The notes under the pieces were generated by a model that was given only the letters and a program-made list of their open reading frames with translations, was not told where the DNA came from and ran no database searches. Shown here piece by piece: positions 62,747 through 64,000 of a DNA stretch of 64,000 bases. The translations under genes were made by a program, and so were the position numbers. The DNA comes from a bacterium. Lineage in GTDB: Bacteria > Patescibacteriota > Minisyncoccia > Moranbacterales > UBA1568. The stretch lies in assembly GCA_021821305.1 (NCBI GenBank), contig JAKACP010000001.1, positions 404,349-468,348 of the forward strand, given 5' to 3'. The first letter of the stretch is position 1. The number at the start of each line of letters is the position of its first letter.

Positions 62747-64000
62747 TATGCAATCCAAGCACTCGGCCTCTTTCTGGATCACGTTCGCGGTTTTGGCCGG
62801 TCTTTTTCTCTTCGGTTGGTTCGTCTTCTGGGAAGTGAAGCACCAGGGGCTCGGCTCGCTGTCCGGTATCATGGACAAGCTTCCGGTTTCGAGTGGCCTG
62901 AAGGGGAATGCGACGGCCGTCGGATTCCTCGCCGATGCGGTGATGGACACCGACGGGGAAGAGCGGGTCTATCTCATACTGCTCCAGAACAATCTCGAGC
63001 TCCGTCCCGGTGGCGGCTTCATCGGATCCTTCGGTATCCTCAAGGTGAAAGACGGCCACGTCACGGACTTCTCGATCCACGATTCCGGCGTCTTCGACGG
63101 GCGTATCCCCGACACCGTGGAGCCGCCGTATCCGATGAAGGAGACGCTGGGTATCCCGTCGTGGAAACTGCGCGACTCCAACTGGGAACCGGACTTTCCG
63201 ACCAACGCGAAAAAGGCGGTCGAATTTTACGAGCTCGGACAAGGAGGGGAGAAATTCGACGGCATCGTGGGCATCACCACGGATGTCCTGTCCTCGTTCC
63301 TCCGCGTGACCGGACCGGTGGAGGTCCCCGGATATCCGGGAACGTACTCGGCGGAGAATGCCGTGATCGACCTCGAATACCAGGTGGAAAAGGGCTATGC
63401 CGAACAGGGTATCGAAACCGGTGAGCGGAAGTCGGTGATGGGCATCCTCGGCGATCAGATCCTCGTGAAAGTGCGGGAACTGCCCCCGCAGGATCTGTTC
63501 AAGCTGTTCCAGGTCATACTCACCGATCTCGACCAGAAGGACATACAGCTCAATTTCGCCGACGCGGATCTCCAGCGTCAGGTGGTATCGGCCGGGTGGG
63601 CCGGAAGCTTCGACGGTGGCTGGCCGGACGATTTCGTCATGGCCGTCGACGCGAACCTCAATTCCTGGAAGAGCGACGCGGTCGTGAAGCGGTCGCTCGA
63701 CTACGAGATCGACCTCTCGGGCGAGACTCCGAAGGCGAGAACCACCATCCATTATGAGCATACCGGCAAGGTCAAGGATTTCATGACCAAGGATTACCAG
63801 ACGTTTCTCCGGCTCTACGTGCCGGAAGACAGCTGGCTCCGATCCGTTTCCGGAAATGCGAAGGAGCCGGTGTTCGGCGATTTCATGGGAAAGAAATACT
63901 TCGGCGTGCTCGTGCATGTCCCCCTGGGCACGTCGAAGGACGTTTCTTTCGAGTATGATCTCCCCAAGGATCTCGAACGGACCCTCTATGATCTCAAGAT
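62747..64000 (+). CDS. DUF4012-like membrane-anchored protein (3' end beyond the window)
   Basis: Reading frame open from the ATG at 62747 to the window end, so absent from the stop-delimited ORF track. N-terminal TM (FWITFAVLAGLFLFGWFVFW). LQNNLELRPGGGFIGSFG is the hallmark motif of DUF4012 proteins found in polysaccharide loci. Domain assignment is from memory. Confidence 0.65.

Overview
This is a high-GC (~60%), gene-dense bacterial segment with short intergenic regions, read mostly on the + strand. Gene content points to a small-genome CPR/Patescibacteria-like organism: archaeal-type AspRS together with GatC/GatA, a fused ADP-forming acetyl-CoA synthetase, several type IV pilin genes, and many promoters that sit only a few nucleotides from the start codon (leaderless or near-leaderless, with a recurring extended -10 TTTTTGCTATACT). 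That lineage call is inference only.

Features, in order:
- Type IV pilus module (1-3670): two tandem major-pilin paralogs each with its own terminator, prepilin peptidase PilD, and three minor pilins.
- Housekeeping block (3739-19391): ligA, gatC, gatA, a NUDIX hydrolase, an ABC-F ATPase, secD (carrying an inserted parvulin PPIase domain), secF, tyrS, pheS, pheT.
- RNase P RNA (19486-19922) with a textbook sigma70 promoter.
- Surface-polysaccharide genes (19958-24981): a sugar phosphotransferase, a holin-4-like membrane protein, two GT4 glycosyltransferases and a Wzz-like protein.
- A DUF2892 membrane protein, a D/E-rich tandem-repeat surface protein, speH, and a low-GC islet (27.9-29.6 kb) holding a GNAT acetyltransferase, a sensor kinase and a tandem-REC response regulator.
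- aspS, mreB/C/D plus PBP2, a SurA-N-only chaperone, a DsbA-like protein paired with a CxxC membrane protein, greA, lysS, tRNA-Val, a PQQ sugar dehydrogenase, serS, tRNA-Lys, a BNR lipoprotein, frr and rseP.
- More envelope genes (48428-64000): Wzz-like proteins, a lipoprotein, a LysM/Pro-rich protein, twin secreted Cys proteins, an O-antigen ligase, GT4 enzymes, the ADP-forming ACS, a beta-helix protein and a DUF4012 protein.

The most unusual signal is a roughly 150-nt conserved non-coding element present three times (8.9 kb, 52.2 kb, 57.2 kb). Each copy is nested inside a long inverted repeat, all have an internal 13-bp hairpin (degenerate in copy 1), and two copies show a compensatory base-pair change. 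The two best-preserved copies sit in inverted orientation and bracket a 4.9-kb secreted-protein/glycosylation cassette. Two further nested-palindrome intergenic elements (21845-22030 and 9118-9245) are also reported. No CRISPR array, rRNA or obvious transposase gene is present.
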